Numbered from the stretch's first letter, positions 9,971-19,412 are shown. The stretch: DNA of 64,000 bases from Cyclobacteriaceae bacterium (GCA_044222145.1 JBGANU010000008.1:18216-82215); one strand, 5' to 3'. Translations and numbers: made by a program. Notes: generated by a model from the letters alone, not told the origin.

Positions 9971-11193
9971 GAATAGTAATTATAACCCTATTGGGCCTTT
10001 CTTCGCTGGCTGGTTTTGCACAGTCCGAAAGGCTATCGGTAAATCAGGCCATTGATGTGGCTTTGAAAAATAATATGGGCATTAGGAGCGCAGCTTATGA
10101 AGTGGAGTCTCAAAATCAATTAAAGAAAACGGGTTTTGATCTGCCCAAGACCAATGTTTCGTTGCTCTATGGTCAATATAATGGTTTTCCTAAAAATGAC
10201 AACAACATTACAGTTACGCAGAGTATCCCATTTGCAACATTGGGCAGTCAGGCATCTCTAAACAGATCGTTACTTGCGTCATCTCAGTTAAAGAAAGCTT
10301 ACTCAGAGAATGAATTGGTTTATCAGGTAAAGCAAATCTACTATCAGCTAGCCTTTGTTAAAGCCCGTCATGAGCTTTTGCTTCAGCAAGACAGCATTTA
10401 TGAAGGCTTCTTAAAGTCAGCTACGCTTCGATACAAAACGGGTGAAACTAAACTACTTGAACAAGCCACCGCGGAAACACAACGCAGTGAAGTAAAAAAC
10501 CAACTTCATCAAAATGAGGCAACGGTAACCATTCTTCGCACACAACTGAAGACATTGCTCAACAGCGAAATGCTTCCTGAAATTTTAGAGAATGGGTTAA
10601 GCGAGATTTCACCTGAAAGATTGAATGACACCACGCTGTCTGCAAATCCATTCTTGTCTTACATGCGTCAACAAGTAGAGGTCGCAAAGAGTCAAAAGAA
10701 AGTAGAGGCAGCAAAATTTGCCCCCGATTTATTGGTCGGATATTTTAATCAAACCCTTATCGATGTGGTAAACACTGAAAACGGAGCGATTGCAACGAAT
10801 AAAAACAGATTCACTGGTTTTCAAGTGGGGCTGTCCATTCCACTTTGGTTTGTTCCGCATCAAGGAAGAGTTAAAGCCGCAGAGTTTAATCGCCAGGCTG
10901 CTCAAAGTAACTACACCAACCAACACAATGTTATGCAAGGTCAATGGCAACAGGCTGCTCAGTTATATGAAAAGAACAAGAACAGTCTTGAGTATTACCG
11001 CACATCGGCTTTACCAAATGCTGAACTGATCTTGAAGCAATCACAGATCGCATTTAAAGGAGGCGAAATCGGATATGCAGAATACCTGCTTGGCGTTCGC
11101 AATGCCATCAGCATCAAGGAGGGTCACCTTCAGACATTGAATGACTACAATCAAAGTATTATTTACATCGAATTTTTATCAGGCACTAAATAA
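9967..11193 (+). CDS. TolC-family outer membrane efflux protein of the RND system
   Basis: Its start overlaps the czcA stop in ATGA. It has a signal peptide and the two-repeat OEP-like coiled regions. Confidence 0.9.
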   Translation: MRIVIITLLGLSSLAGFAQSERLSVNQAIDVALKNNMGIRSAAYEVESQNQLKKTGFDLPKTNVSLLYGQYNGFPKNDNNITVTQSIPFATLGSQASLNRSLLASSQLKKAYSENELVYQVKQIYYQLAFVKARHELLLQQDSIYEGFLKSATLRYKTGETKLLEQATAETQRSEVKNQLHQNEATVTILRTQLKTLLNSEMLPEILENGLSEISPERLNDTTLSANPFLSYMRQQVEVAKSQKKVEAAKFAPDLLVGYFNQTLIDVVNTENGAIATNKNRFTGFQVGLSIPLWFVPHQGRVKAAEFNRQAAQSNYTNQHNVMQGQWQQAAQLYEKNKNSLEYYRTSALPNAELILKQSQIAFKGGEIGYAEYLLGVRNAISIKEGHLQTLNDYNQSIIYIEFLSGTK

Positions 11194-11201
11194 GATTAAT
11201 C

Positions 11202-12410
11202 ATGAAGACGAATAAATTAATTTCAATGCTATCCTTTATTATTGTTTTGGCACTGACAATGTCATGCGGAAACAAGGCAGCCGAAGAAACAGTAGCCGAA
11301 GACCACCACGAGGAAGAAGAAAACACCGTAGAGTTAACTGCCGCTCAGTACAAGACGGCAGGAATAGAGTTAGGTAAAATTGAAAACAAGCAAATCAGCG
11401 GAACCATAAAAGTAAACGGTAAGCTGGATGTACCGCCTCAACAGATGGTTAGCGTATCAGCTCCACTTGGCGGGTTTTTGAAAAGCACCTCCTTGCTACA
11501 GGGATCAAAAGTTAAAATAGGTCAGGTGATTGCTACTATCGAAAATCTTGACTTCATACAAATGCAGCAGGATTACATGGAGGCGAAGAACCAATTCGAG
11601 TTTGCGAAGACGGATTATGACCGCCAAATTGACCTCGCTAAGGAGAATGTCAATGCACAGAAGACGTTACAACAAGCCAAAACAACCTATTCAAGTTGGC
11701 AGACAAAAGCCAATGGCCTTCGTGAAAAACTGAAGATGCTAAATATCGACATGGTCTCCTTGAATGAAGGAAACATCACCAGTACTATCAATCTTTACTC
11801 ACCTATTAATGGTTATGTAACTGAAGTGAATGTCAACATTGGTAAATTTGTAAATCCAAGTGACATCCTCTTTGAAATTGTTGACACAGAACATTTGCAC
11901 GCTGAACTGACGGTGTTTGAGAAAGATGTACCCAAACTCAAGATCGGACAAAAAGTTAGGTTTACCCTTGCCAACGAAACAAAGGAGAGGATTGCTACAG
12001 TCTATTTATTGGGTCGTGAGATCGGGGCTGATCGTACAATTCGTATCCACTGTCACATTGATAAAGAAGATACGAACTTGTTGCCTGGAATGTACCTGAA
12101 AGCTGTTGTTGAAACAGGTGGAATTGAAGTTGCAGCCCTACCCGACAAAGCCATCATCGATTACCAGGGAAAGAAATATATCTTCTATCAATTGGCAGAG
12201 CAACCACATGCCGCGCTAAAAGAAGAAAGTAAAGAGCACCACGAAGCCGAGTATCACTTCACGATGTTCGAAGTTCAAATAGGCAATAGTGAAATGGGCT
12301 ACACAGAGGTTACACTCCCGTCAGATTTTAATATTGAGACTACTCAGATTGTAGTCAAGAATGCATACGCCATTCTTTCGAAAATGAAGAATATGGAAGA
12401 AGAAGAGTAA
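11202..12410 (+). CDS. Efflux RND periplasmic adaptor (membrane fusion protein, CzcB-like)
   Basis: It has a lipoprotein signal (TMSCG), a His/Glu-rich N-terminus (EDHHEEEEN) and an HlyD-like hairpin and beta-barrel pattern. Confidence 0.9.
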   Translation: MKTNKLISMLSFIIVLALTMSCGNKAAEETVAEDHHEEEENTVELTAAQYKTAGIELGKIENKQISGTIKVNGKLDVPPQQMVSVSAPLGGFLKSTSLLQGSKVKIGQVIATIENLDFIQMQQDYMEAKNQFEFAKTDYDRQIDLAKENVNAQKTLQQAKTTYSSWQTKANGLREKLKMLNIDMVSLNEGNITSTINLYSPINGYVTEVNVNIGKFVNPSDILFEIVDTEHLHAELTVFEKDVPKLKIGQKVRFTLANETKERIATVYLLGREIGADRTIRIHCHIDKEDTNLLPGMYLKAVVETGGIEVAALPDKAIIDYQGKKYIFYQLAEQPHAALKEESKEHHEAEYHFTMFEVQIGNSEMGYTEVTLPSDFNIETTQIVVKNAYAILSKMKNMEEEE

Positions 12411-12429
12411 CATCAAATATTTCCAAACG

Positions 12430-12442
12430 CTTATGAAACGTT
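12430..12442. promoter_or_regulatory. Copy of the recurring motif CTTATGAAACGTT, 15 nt upstream of the 12458 start
   Basis: The same 11-mer TATGAAACGTT also occurs at 24967, 44681 and 47911, always in short leaders next to start codons. Confidence 0.35.
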
Positions 12443-12457
12443 ACAGAACAGTCTGAT

Positions 12458-13069
12458 ATGATAACACTGATAACAGGAAGTCTTATTCTGAGTGTGCTTC
12501 ACGCATTGATTCCGAATCATTGGCTTCCTGTTTTAGCGATCAGTAAAAAAGAAAACTGGACGCTCAGTCAGACCACATCAGTTACTTTTATTTCCGGTCT
12601 CGCTCACGCTTTGAGTACTGTACTTATTGGAGTGTTAATTGGAGTTGTAGGTGTAACCCTTTCTTCAGCGATAGGGACCTTCACCCATTATATAGCACCT
12701 GGAGTCCTGATTAGCATTGGATTATTTTACATTTATCAGCACCACAGGCATAAGCACTTTCATTTGCATGCACAACCCGCTGCAAGCGAAAGAAGTAAAG
12801 TGATTGCCACGCTAGCAATCGCCATGTTTTTCTCTCCTTGCTTTGAGATCGAAGCATATTTCCTTTTAGCTGGGACAAAGGGTTGGTGGATGATCTTGCT
12901 TATCGCTTCCCTTTACACCGTTGTTACAGTAAGCGGTATGGTCTTATGGGTAAGGCTTACTTACAGAGGTTTGGTTAAATTTAATTGGCACGCGCTTGAA
13001 CACAACGCTGGTGTCATCACTGGCATCACACTTTTACTTACAGGAATTCTTTCATTCTTCATTCATTAA
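12458..13069 (+). CDS. Six-TM membrane protein with a His-rich loop, putative NicO/RcnA-like metal transporter
   Basis: It has HALIPNHW in TM1 and the loop YQHHRHKHFHLHAQP. Its stop overlaps the ATPase start in TAATG. Confidence 0.5.
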   Translation: MITLITGSLILSVLHALIPNHWLPVLAISKKENWTLSQTTSVTFISGLAHALSTVLIGVLIGVVGVTLSSAIGTFTHYIAPGVLISIGLFYIYQHHRHKHFHLHAQPAASERSKVIATLAIAMFFSPCFEIEAYFLLAGTKGWWMILLIASLYTVVTVSGMVLWVRLTYRGLVKFNWHALEHNAGVITGITLLLTGILSFFIH

Positions 13070-15072
13070 TGAACATTGTTATGAGCGAACAACACGACAC
13101 GAAATCACATAAAGAAGACGACTGCTGTAGTGTCGATGCTACCAGTAAAGCTTCACCGGCTAAGCATACAGAAGACGATGGTCACAACCATGATCAAGTA
13201 AATAGTAATACTGAGGAAGCTTCAGGCTGGAAAAGGCATTGGCAATTGCTGCTATCATTAACCACTCTGGTGATTATGTTGACTTTGGAATTTGGATTCC
13301 AGTATAAACCACCCTTTCCAATTGACTTAATTATTTACGGAGCAGCGTTCCTTCTGGGAGGCTACAATGTCTTGTTCATGGCTTTCACTAAAGCAAAGCG
13401 ATTTGATTTCTTCAATGAGTTTTTTCTGATGAGTGTAGCAACTGTTGGTGCATTTGCCATAGGATCTTACAGTGAAGGAGTAGCGGTTATGATATTCTAT
13501 TCCATCGGGGAATGGTTTCAGGATTCAGCGGTGAACCGAGCAAAACGAAGTATAAAGGCCTTGTTGGATATTCGCCCGGATGAAGTATCTGTCGTACGGA
13601 ATGGGAATGTCCAAGTGGTTAATCCTAAAGAAATTGTCGTTGATGAAATTATTCAGGTAAAGCCGGGTGAGAAAGTTGCACTTGATGGTGAATTGATCTC
13701 TGCATCAGCTTCATTTAACACCGCAGCCCTGACTGGCGAAAGCAGACCGGATACCAAGTCAAAGGGTGAAAAGGTGTTTGCCGGAATGATTAACCTTAAT
13801 ACAGCAATAGAAATACGGGTTAAGTCTCTATTTAAAGACAGCAAGCTGAGTAAAATCCTGGAAATGGTTCAGGATGCCACGGCACGTAAATCACAAACGC
13901 AATTGTTCATTAGCAAGTTTGCTAAAATATATACACCCATCGTTTTCGCTTTGGCAATAAGTGTTTGTTTGTTGCCATACTTTTTTGTGGCTGATTATGT
14001 GTTTAGTGATTGGTTCTACAGGTCATTGGTTTTTCTGGTCATCAGTTGCCCATGTGCATTGGTGGTTTCTATTCCATTGGGATATTTCGGAGGCATTGGA
14101 TTAGCGTCACGTAACGGCATACTTTTCAAAGGCTCTAATTATCTGGATGTAGTAACAAAAGTGAATACGGTTGTGATGGACAAAACCGGTACACTCACCA
14201 AGGGGGTGTTCAAAGTTCAACAAGTAGTTACTAAAGACATTGAAGAAAAGGAATTAATACGTATTACTTCGGCCATAGAAAAAAACTCTACTCACCCGGT
14301 CGCAAAGGCGGTAGTTGAATATGCAGGTGATAATGCTGCAGGAAAAGCAGATAACGTTGAAGAGATTGCAGGGCACGGACTCAAAGGAATTATTGAAGGC
14401 AAAGCAGTATTGGCAGGAAACGCGAAACTGCTTAAGAAATTTAATATCTCATACCCAACTGAAATTGAAACGCTGGTTGATACTGTGGTGATGGTAGCGA
14501 TAAATGAAAAATACGCTGGATACATTACAATTGCCGATGAGATCAAAGAAGATGCAAAACAGGCCATTGATGATCTGCATAAGCTCAATATTAAAACTGT
14601 CATGCTATCTGGCGACAAGCAAAGTGTAGTCGACAAAGTGGCCAGCGCACTAGGAATTGATAACGCCTTTGGTGACCTATTGCCGGAAGGAAAAGTAGAG
14701 AAAGTACAAGCTTTGAAAAATGAAAAGAGGATAATTGCCTTTGTTGGTGATGGGGTAAACGATGCTCCTGTAGTTGCGCTGGCAGATGCAGGCATAGCAA
14801 TGGGTGGATTGGGAAGTGATGCAACGATAGAAACCGCTGACATTGTAATTCAAAATGATCAACCCTCAAAAATGGTATCTGCTATCAAAATAGGTAAAAT
14901 TACGCGGAGTATTGTCTGGCAAAACATTACCCTTGCTATGGCAGTTAAGATAACTGTTCTGATCCTTGGTGCTGGGGGTATTGCTACTTTGTGGGAAGCG
15001 GTTATTGCCGATGTGGGTGTCGCTTTACTGGCAATTTTAAATGCCGTAAGAATTCAAACAATGAAATTATAA
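13069..15072 (+). CDS. Heavy-metal translocating P1B-type ATPase, Zn/Cd/Pb-like
   Basis: It has the motifs SCPCALVVS (CPC), DKTGTLT, STHPVA and GDGVNDAP. The N-terminus is His/Cys-rich (DDCCSVD, DDGHNHD) in place of a CxxC HMA domain. Confidence 0.9.
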   Translation: MNIVMSEQHDTKSHKEDDCCSVDATSKASPAKHTEDDGHNHDQVNSNTEEASGWKRHWQLLLSLTTLVIMLTLEFGFQYKPPFPIDLIIYGAAFLLGGYNVLFMAFTKAKRFDFFNEFFLMSVATVGAFAIGSYSEGVAVMIFYSIGEWFQDSAVNRAKRSIKALLDIRPDEVSVVRNGNVQVVNPKEIVVDEIIQVKPGEKVALDGELISASASFNTAALTGESRPDTKSKGEKVFAGMINLNTAIEIRVKSLFKDSKLSKILEMVQDATARKSQTQLFISKFAKIYTPIVFALAISVCLLPYFFVADYVFSDWFYRSLVFLVISCPCALVVSIPLGYFGGIGLASRNGILFKGSNYLDVVTKVNTVVMDKTGTLTKGVFKVQQVVTKDIEEKELIRITSAIEKNSTHPVAKAVVEYAGDNAAGKADNVEEIAGHGLKGIIEGKAVLAGNAKLLKKFNISYPTEIETLVDTVVMVAINEKYAGYITIADEIKEDAKQAIDDLHKLNIKTVMLSGDKQSVVDKVASALGIDNAFGDLLPEGKVEKVQALKNEKRIIAFVGDGVNDAPVVALADAGIAMGGLGSDATIETADIVIQNDQPSKMVSAIKIGKITRSIVWQNITLAMAVKITVLILGAGGIATLWEAVIADVGVALLAILNAVRIQTMKL

Positions 15073-15117
15073 GTCGCCCTATTAATGTTAATTTCGGGGC
15101 TTGGTTTGTAGAAGGCT

Positions 15118-18100
15118 ATGAAAAAATTAGGAAAATGGAGGTACGTGCTGGCGGCTTCTTTTGTTGTGGTTCTGTTTCTCACCTTCTGGCCACAATTGTT
15201 CCATGAACAAATAGAGGATGTTGCCAGAAAGGAAATTGGTAAAAGAGTTGATGCTGATGTTACGTTTTCGCATCTCGATATTTCCCTTTGGAGAAACTTC
15301 CCTGATTTAACAATTACTTTAAAGGAGCTTAATATCACCACCCGTGGCAGCGTAAAGGACAGCTTGCTTCGTGCCGATGAAATTGCCGCTGCCATTAACT
15401 CTTTTGACTATGTAAGGGATGGTCATATTGATATTACCAGGATTTTTCTTGTCAAACCTTTGCTGCACGCTCATGTTGAACCTGATGGAAGCACTAATTT
15501 CTCCATCCTTAAAAAGGACACTACAGCTACGGACACCACCTCAACAACTGATGTTGTACTGCATCTGGAGCACCTCGTTATTGAAGATGGCCACATTAGC
15601 TACATAGACGAAGTGTCCGATAACCTGTTCGATGCCCAGGGATTCAATTTTGATGGAAAGGGTGAGTTCTCCAGTTCAGAGTTTGATATGAGTACAAAAA
15701 TCAGTTCGCATACTGCATCCCTCAAATGGGAGGGACGCTCCTTTTTCGAAAGGAAGAAAATTGACCTCGATTTGCTCTTAGCGTTGGATAGGTTAAAGAA
15801 TTCGATTCTTATAAAAGAAAGCGATATTAAAATTAATACTTTTTCTTTTCTGCTGACTGGCGGTATGACTCTTCACCCTGACCGCTATGAGGTGGATATA
15901 AATTTCTCCTCACCTAAGACTACATTAATCGAGTTGCTTTCGTTAACTAATTTCTTTCATGATAACATCAAGAATATTCAATCAGATGGGAAGGTACATT
16001 TTGCAGGTTTTGTTAAAGGCAATTACATACCGGGAACGGATTCCGTTCCAAAGTTTGAGGTAAAACTGGAAGTAAAAGAAGGGACCTTAAAGATTGATAC
16101 AGTTGACGAGTCCATTGATGATATTCACTTTGATTTATTGGTAAGCAACAATGTTGGCCACAAAGACAGTACTGAAATAGAAATGGATAGTGTATTTTTT
16201 GGCGTTAAGGAACATTCCGTGCAGGGACACGCCCATATTCATCGTTTGGTGAATTCGCACGTTGATGCGCTTATTGTGGGCTCAATTCATGCCGAAGATC
16301 TTTTAGCAGTATATCCAATCCGTGGATTAAAGGCAGAAGGTGAACTTAATTTTAATATTGAGGCGGTCGGGAATTATTCATCTATGAAATGGCCAGAAGA
16401 AATACCGCATGTTGATTTTGATATTGATATGAAAAAAGGAATGTTAAAGTATGATTCGTTGCCGGATTCATTAAACAACATATCCTTTCACATGCTGGGA
16501 CACATTCCCCAAGGAAACTGGCAACAGTCAAAAATTGAATTGGGTCATCTGGTAATGAATATTGGAGATAATCCTGTTACAGGTAAACTGAAAATAGAAA
16601 ACTTTGAAAAGCCAAAAGTTCAAGGGCACTTTAACGCTTCAATTCACATGGAGGATATTCTTAATGTCCTACCAGTGGAAGGCACCGAAATGAAAGGCAC
16701 TCTAAAGACGAGCATCGATGTTGATGGAGTCTATGATCCCAAATCAGGTGCATTTCCGAGGATGACCGCTTCATTAAATATTGAAAACGGTTTCTACAAA
16801 ACCAGCGCATACCCTGAGCCCCTTGAAAACGTCCAGATCAAAGCATCTTTAACCAACAATACTTCGAATATAGAATCCACTATACTCAATATTCAGCAAT
16901 TGAATTACACGTTGGAAGGCGAGCCGTTTGAACTCACTGGAGTTATCAAGGATTTTAAATCTTTTGGATACGACCTCATTGCAAAAGGGGCTGTTGATCT
17001 TGATAAGATCACAAAAATATACCCGCTCAAAGATTACGTGCTTTCAGGAAAAATTTTGTCTGATATAAAAATTAGTGGAACATTGGCGGATCTGGAAGCA
17101 GATCGCTATGACAAAACAAAAGCAAGCGGCTCAGTTAAATTGGAGAACATCCGCATCGAAGGAAAAAAGTTGCCACAAATGATTCACATCCCTGTCGCTG
17201 ATTTTAAATTGACACCGGAAGTCATTCAGCTTACTTCCATGAAAGTGCGAACAGGACATAGTTCATTTGACTTATCTGGGGAATTGCACGACTACTTTTG
17301 TTTCTTCACGCAAGACAATGATCAGGTATTGGCCAAACTTAAACTTGTAGCCGACACACTTGATTTGAATGAATGGAAAAGTGTATTCACTTCCACCGAG
17401 GTAACAACGCCCTCACTCTCTAGTGGTGCTGCCCCTGTGGTATCAGTATGGCAAGTACCAGCGTTTATGGATTTTGACTTTGATTCCAATGTTGGCTTGT
17501 TGAGATATGAAGATATGATTCTTACCGAGATGGCTGGAGAAATTCGCATGGTAGGTGGTATCATGTCTATTCGTGAATCGGGCTTCAATTCATTGAATGC
17601 AAAATTTCAGGCCAGCGGAACTTATGATAGTCAGGACATCATACATCCATCATTCGATTTTAAGTTAAAAATAGCCGAGCTAGATATTCAAAAAGCGTAC
17701 AAGGAAATAAAACTGGTTCGTGAACTACTACCTGCGGCCGCTGATGCCGAAGGATCATTCTCTATTGACTACTATCTCAAAGGGGAACTTGAGCCGTCCA
17801 TGTATCCCAAAACATCTACAATAATTGGTAATGGTGACATCCATATTGCGAATGCCAAGATCAATGGTATGAAGATGTTCGAGCAGTTGAGCAAGGCCGC
17901 TAAGAAAGATGAAATGAATGATCCTCATCTGAAAGATTTCACGATGAGCACTGAAATCAGAGACAACAAGATTTTCGTCAAACCCTTTAAACTGAAAGTG
18001 TCAGGATTCAATACGGAGATCGAAGGGGTAAATGAAATCAGTGGCACAATAGACTACATTATTAAAGTGCAGCTTTTACCTTTGAATTTGCTGAAAGCAC

Positions 18101-18177
18101 CATTCCACGTAACCGGAACCTATGACAACCCAAAAGTAGCTTTAGGAAAAGGTCATGATATTGAAGGATTAAAATAA
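15118..18177 (+). CDS. AsmA-family protein
   Basis: This is a 1019-aa protein with one N-terminal TM helix followed by a long beta-rich region, the architecture typical of AsmA and AsmA-like C-terminal proteins. Confidence 0.7.
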   Translation: MKKLGKWRYVLAASFVVVLFLTFWPQLFHEQIEDVARKEIGKRVDADVTFSHLDISLWRNFPDLTITLKELNITTRGSVKDSLLRADEIAAAINSFDYVRDGHIDITRIFLVKPLLHAHVEPDGSTNFSILKKDTTATDTTSTTDVVLHLEHLVIEDGHISYIDEVSDNLFDAQGFNFDGKGEFSSSEFDMSTKISSHTASLKWEGRSFFERKKIDLDLLLALDRLKNSILIKESDIKINTFSFLLTGGMTLHPDRYEVDINFSSPKTTLIELLSLTNFFHDNIKNIQSDGKVHFAGFVKGNYIPGTDSVPKFEVKLEVKEGTLKIDTVDESIDDIHFDLLVSNNVGHKDSTEIEMDSVFFGVKEHSVQGHAHIHRLVNSHVDALIVGSIHAEDLLAVYPIRGLKAEGELNFNIEAVGNYSSMKWPEEIPHVDFDIDMKKGMLKYDSLPDSLNNISFHMLGHIPQGNWQQSKIELGHLVMNIGDNPVTGKLKIENFEKPKVQGHFNASIHMEDILNVLPVEGTEMKGTLKTSIDVDGVYDPKSGAFPRMTASLNIENGFYKTSAYPEPLENVQIKASLTNNTSNIESTILNIQQLNYTLEGEPFELTGVIKDFKSFGYDLIAKGAVDLDKITKIYPLKDYVLSGKILSDIKISGTLADLEADRYDKTKASGSVKLENIRIEGKKLPQMIHIPVADFKLTPEVIQLTSMKVRTGHSSFDLSGELHDYFCFFTQDNDQVLAKLKLVADTLDLNEWKSVFTSTEVTTPSLSSGAAPVVSVWQVPAFMDFDFDSNVGLLRYEDMILTEMAGEIRMVGGIMSIRESGFNSLNAKFQASGTYDSQDIIHPSFDFKLKIAELDIQKAYKEIKLVRELLPAAADAEGSFSIDYYLKGELEPSMYPKTSTIIGNGDIHIANAKINGMKMFEQLSKAAKKDEMNDPHLKDFTMSTEIRDNKIFVKPFKLKVSGFNTEIEGVNEISGTIDYIIKVQLLPLNLLKAPFHVTGTYDNPKVALGKGHDIEGLK

Positions 18178-18201
18178 GTTGACATACATCTTTTTTATTT
18201 A

Positions 18202-18597
18202 TTAAAACTCAATCTCATACTCAATAAAATCCTTCACACCTTCCGGTCCAGTCAATTCAAGCCACGTAAATTTTGTGTCGCTCGAAGCTGTCAAATTGAA
18301 AACAAAGAAATCACAACACAATCGTTCAGTCTTGATGAAACTGTTGAGAAGATCAAGCATCTTATCTGAGCCATCAAATTTATATTTGAATCCATTCTTC
18401 AGTTCGGTTTTTTCCAATAATAAGCTCTTCAGTTCAGCAACAACAGTTTTCTTGCGCTGTTGCAATTCAGGAGTTGTCAGTTTGCAACTCAGTTTAGCTC
18501 GTTCCGTCAGGTTTTCCATATTCTTTGTTTTTTCTTGTGCGTGAAGATTCACTGCCGATAAAAATAATATTGCGAATAATAGAGTTGTCGTTTTCAT
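18202..18597 (-). CDS. Secreted hypothetical protein with a vicinal Cys pair
   Basis: It has a signal peptide (AVNLHAQ) and the motif ERLCCDFFVF. It sits 3 nt downstream of the CC-motif membrane protein, so the two are probably co-transcribed. Confidence 0.7.
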   Translation of the reverse strand: MKTTTLLFAILFLSAVNLHAQEKTKNMENLTERAKLSCKLTTPELQQRKKTVVAELKSLLLEKTELKNGFKYKFDGSDKMLDLLNSFIKTERLCCDFFVFNLTASSDTKFTWLELTGPEGVKDFIEYEIEF

Positions 18598-18600
18598 GCA

Positions 18601-18900
18601 TTACTTGGTCGTTGTGTCAATAATTGATTTGGCGTTATTAACTTCTGTTTTACAAGAACAGTCAATTGAGCATGATGGTGGTGCTTGTTTTTTCCGGTAG
18701 AGCCAGACACCAAAGAAGGCAGCGGAGATAATAAGAAGGACAAGCGCTATCTTTTCTGCATACATAGCGATTGAGGCTAGAATTCCAGCCCCACCAACAA
18801 TCCCAATAATAGGTAAGGCACAACAGAGTGCACACAGCCCGATACCTAGTAAACCTAAATTTTTAGCCATTTTTCCAGGTGCTTTTGTAGTAGTTTCCAT
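18601..18900 (-). CDS. Two-TM MerF/MerT-like thiol-metal transport protein
   Basis: The ATG at 18900 gives a 99-aa protein. TM1 has GLCALCCALPIIG (compare the MerF and MerT CC motifs) and the tail is Cys-rich (PPSCSIDCSC). It is divergent from a MerR-family gene. Confidence 0.6.
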   Translation of the reverse strand: METTTKAPGKMAKNLGLLGIGLCALCCALPIIGIVGGAGILASIAMYAEKIALVLLIISAAFFGVWLYRKKQAPPSCSIDCSCKTEVNNAKSIIDTTTK

Positions 18901-18934
18901 ATTACTTTTCTTTGTATTTTTCGTTGAATATTCA

Positions 18935-18966
18935 AGTATACGACATGGACTATAGTCCACGGTCAA
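18935..18966 (-). promoter_or_regulatory. MerR-type long-spacer promoter with a central dyad operator
   Basis: On the minus strand the sequence reads TTGACC, a 20-nt spacer, then TATACT. The spacer contains the perfect 14-bp palindrome TGGACTATAGTCCA (18946-18959). Confidence 0.55.
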
Positions 18967-18991
18967 GAGAAATCTTCAAAATATTTAAATT

Positions 18992-19393
18992 ATGCTGATC
19001 GGAGAACTTTCAAAGCGCACTGGCTTTTCGAATGATACCATTCGTTTTTATGAAAAGAAGGGCCTAATTGATGTAAATAAAAGAGAACGTAGGGACAACA
19101 ACTATAAGGAGTATCCCGAAGCTGTCTTTGAACGCCTCGTACTGATCAAGACAGTAAAAGAATTGGGTTTTACGCTCAATGAAATCGATGAGTTCATAAA
19201 TGCCTGGAGTGAAGAATCAGCTTCGTGCAGTAACCTGACCAGTCATTTGAATGATAAGATCAATCGCGTAGATGAACAAATAAAACTTCTTCAGACGATT
19301 AAATCTAAACTAAACACCTCGCTTGAAAAATGTTTGGCCAACAATTGTGAATTTGAAAAAATGGTGCCTAGTTGTATAAATGGCAAATGCTAG
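18992..19393 (+). CDS. MerR-family metal-responsive transcriptional regulator
   Basis: It has the N-terminal HTH MLIGELSKRTGFSNDTIRFYEKKGLI. Cysteines at 79, 114, 119, 128 and 133 resemble the ZntR, CadR and MerR metal-ligand positions. Confidence 0.85.
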   Translation: MLIGELSKRTGFSNDTIRFYEKKGLIDVNKRERRDNNYKEYPEAVFERLVLIKTVKELGFTLNEIDEFINAWSEESASCSNLTSHLNDKINRVDEQIKLLQTIKSKLNTSLEKCLANNCEFEKMVPSCINGKC

Positions 19394-19412
19394 GATGGTT
19401 TCATGGATTGCA

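Noticed and set aside
14292-14843. A 183-aa minus-strand ORF lies inside the P-type ATPase gene. Similar antisense ORFs occur at 7774-8085, 9424-9819, 43355-43678, 46575-46976 and 53941-54522.
   Set aside because: These are Ala/Ser/Pro-rich shadow ORFs antisense to genes with unambiguous family motifs.
18901-18966. The ORF track gives a 22-codon extension of the CC-motif membrane protein.
   Set aside because: The extension would run through the -10 element and the dyad operator of the MerR-type promoter. The ATG at 18900 is preferred.
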